64,000 nt of DNA from Camelus dromedarius. Its lineage: Eukaryota. The position numbers and the translations under genes are program-made. Numbering within the stretch: position 1 is the first letter of the stretch; the number at the start of each line of letters is the position of its first letter. The DNA lies in the NCBI RefSeq assembly GCF_036321535.1, contig NC_087437.1:1550001-1614000 (forward strand), written 5' to 3'. Below, one piece after another: positions 63,501 to 64,000 of this stretch. The notes beneath the pieces are model-generated. The model worked only from the letters and a program-made list of their open reading frames with translations. It had not been told where the DNA came from and did no database searches.

Positions 63501-64000
63501 GCGCAGAGGCTGGACTGGGGGCCCGCAGGCTACTCCCGGGAGGAGCCTCAGAGTTTGGGAGGTGGCTAACGTGCCTGCTTCGTGTCACCAGCAAGTGATG
63601 CCACCTGTGGGCTATCAGCTGGAATCCTGAGCCGGGTCAGCCCTGGGTGATGCGCTAAGGGCTCCTAGCAAAGGGGGAGACAGACGGACAGTGAACCAAG
63701 CAACAGGCTGCTGAGTTTGGGGCCTGTGTTTCTCGTGCTTTCCGTGTCTCACTGCACCTCAGTGTCGCCCGGAGGAATTGCGGCGGTGTTTCGAGGCTGA
63801 TGGCCTCTCGGTTCCTCATCAGCCTGGCAAGCCCCCAGCTTTCTCCGGCCAGACCTTGGCAAGCGCCTTCCCTTGTTCTAACAAAAGCCTTCCCACCCTC
63901 GCCTGCGGGGAGCTTATGTTTTCTTAATTGATGGGAATGACGATACCTTCCAGCCTCCTCAGGCCTTTCCTTAGTGCTTCTGCCCTTAGACCCCGGCAAG
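60505..64000 (+). repeat. Macrosatellite unit 13 (truncated by window end)
   Basis: Colinear with the first ~3.5 kb of the monomer; shares diagnostic variants with unit 10. Confidence 0.95.

Larger units (their letters stand above)
1..64000 (+). repeat. Macrosatellite: tandem head-to-tail array of a ~5.04 kb monomer, ~12.7 copies, running off both window ends
   Basis: The anchor caggag(c/t)gaagggaggcaat recurs at 1, 5028, 10062, 15107, 20149, 25194, 30240, 35281, 40326, 45371, 50416, 55460 and 60505 (unit lengths 5027-5046). The ORF track repeats with the same period. Units 3-13 differ mainly by scattered SNPs and 1-3 bp indels. Confidence 0.99.

Noticed and set aside
1..64000. rDNA, 5S, snRNA or tRNA tandem gene cluster, D4Z4/DUX array, or CRISPR array
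   Set aside because: No recognisable structural RNA sequence or homeodomain ORF in the monomer. The period is 5 kb with no short repeat-spacer pattern, and the DNA is mammalian.

Overview
The whole window is mammalian non-coding DNA: a head-to-tail macrosatellite of about 5.03-5.05 kb, present as 12 full units and one partial. Taking the window start as phase, units begin at 1, 5028, 10062, 15107, 20149, 25194, 30240, 35281, 40326, 45371, 50416, 55460 and 60505. Each monomer is a patchwork of decayed interspersed repeats (a MER2 DNA transposon split by a short L1 3' tail with a target-site duplication, an L1 ORF2-end/3'UTR piece, an older L1M 3' end, a MIR core, old L1-like DNA on the minus strand) plus GC-rich unique sequence. 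The unique part carries two strong CTCF-type motifs, a perfect 22-bp palindrome and a GT/CG-alternating tract. The young L1 tail looks camelid-like (from recall, not a search). No credible protein-coding gene is present. The standout anomaly is a foreign 18-mer, ACGCAGCGCTCGACTGTT, which overwrites the array consensus with no length change at two non-homologous sites (36828-36845 in unit 8 and 43557-43574 in unit 9). Shared variants also show mosaic units and a partial ~15.13 kb (3-unit) higher-order periodicity.
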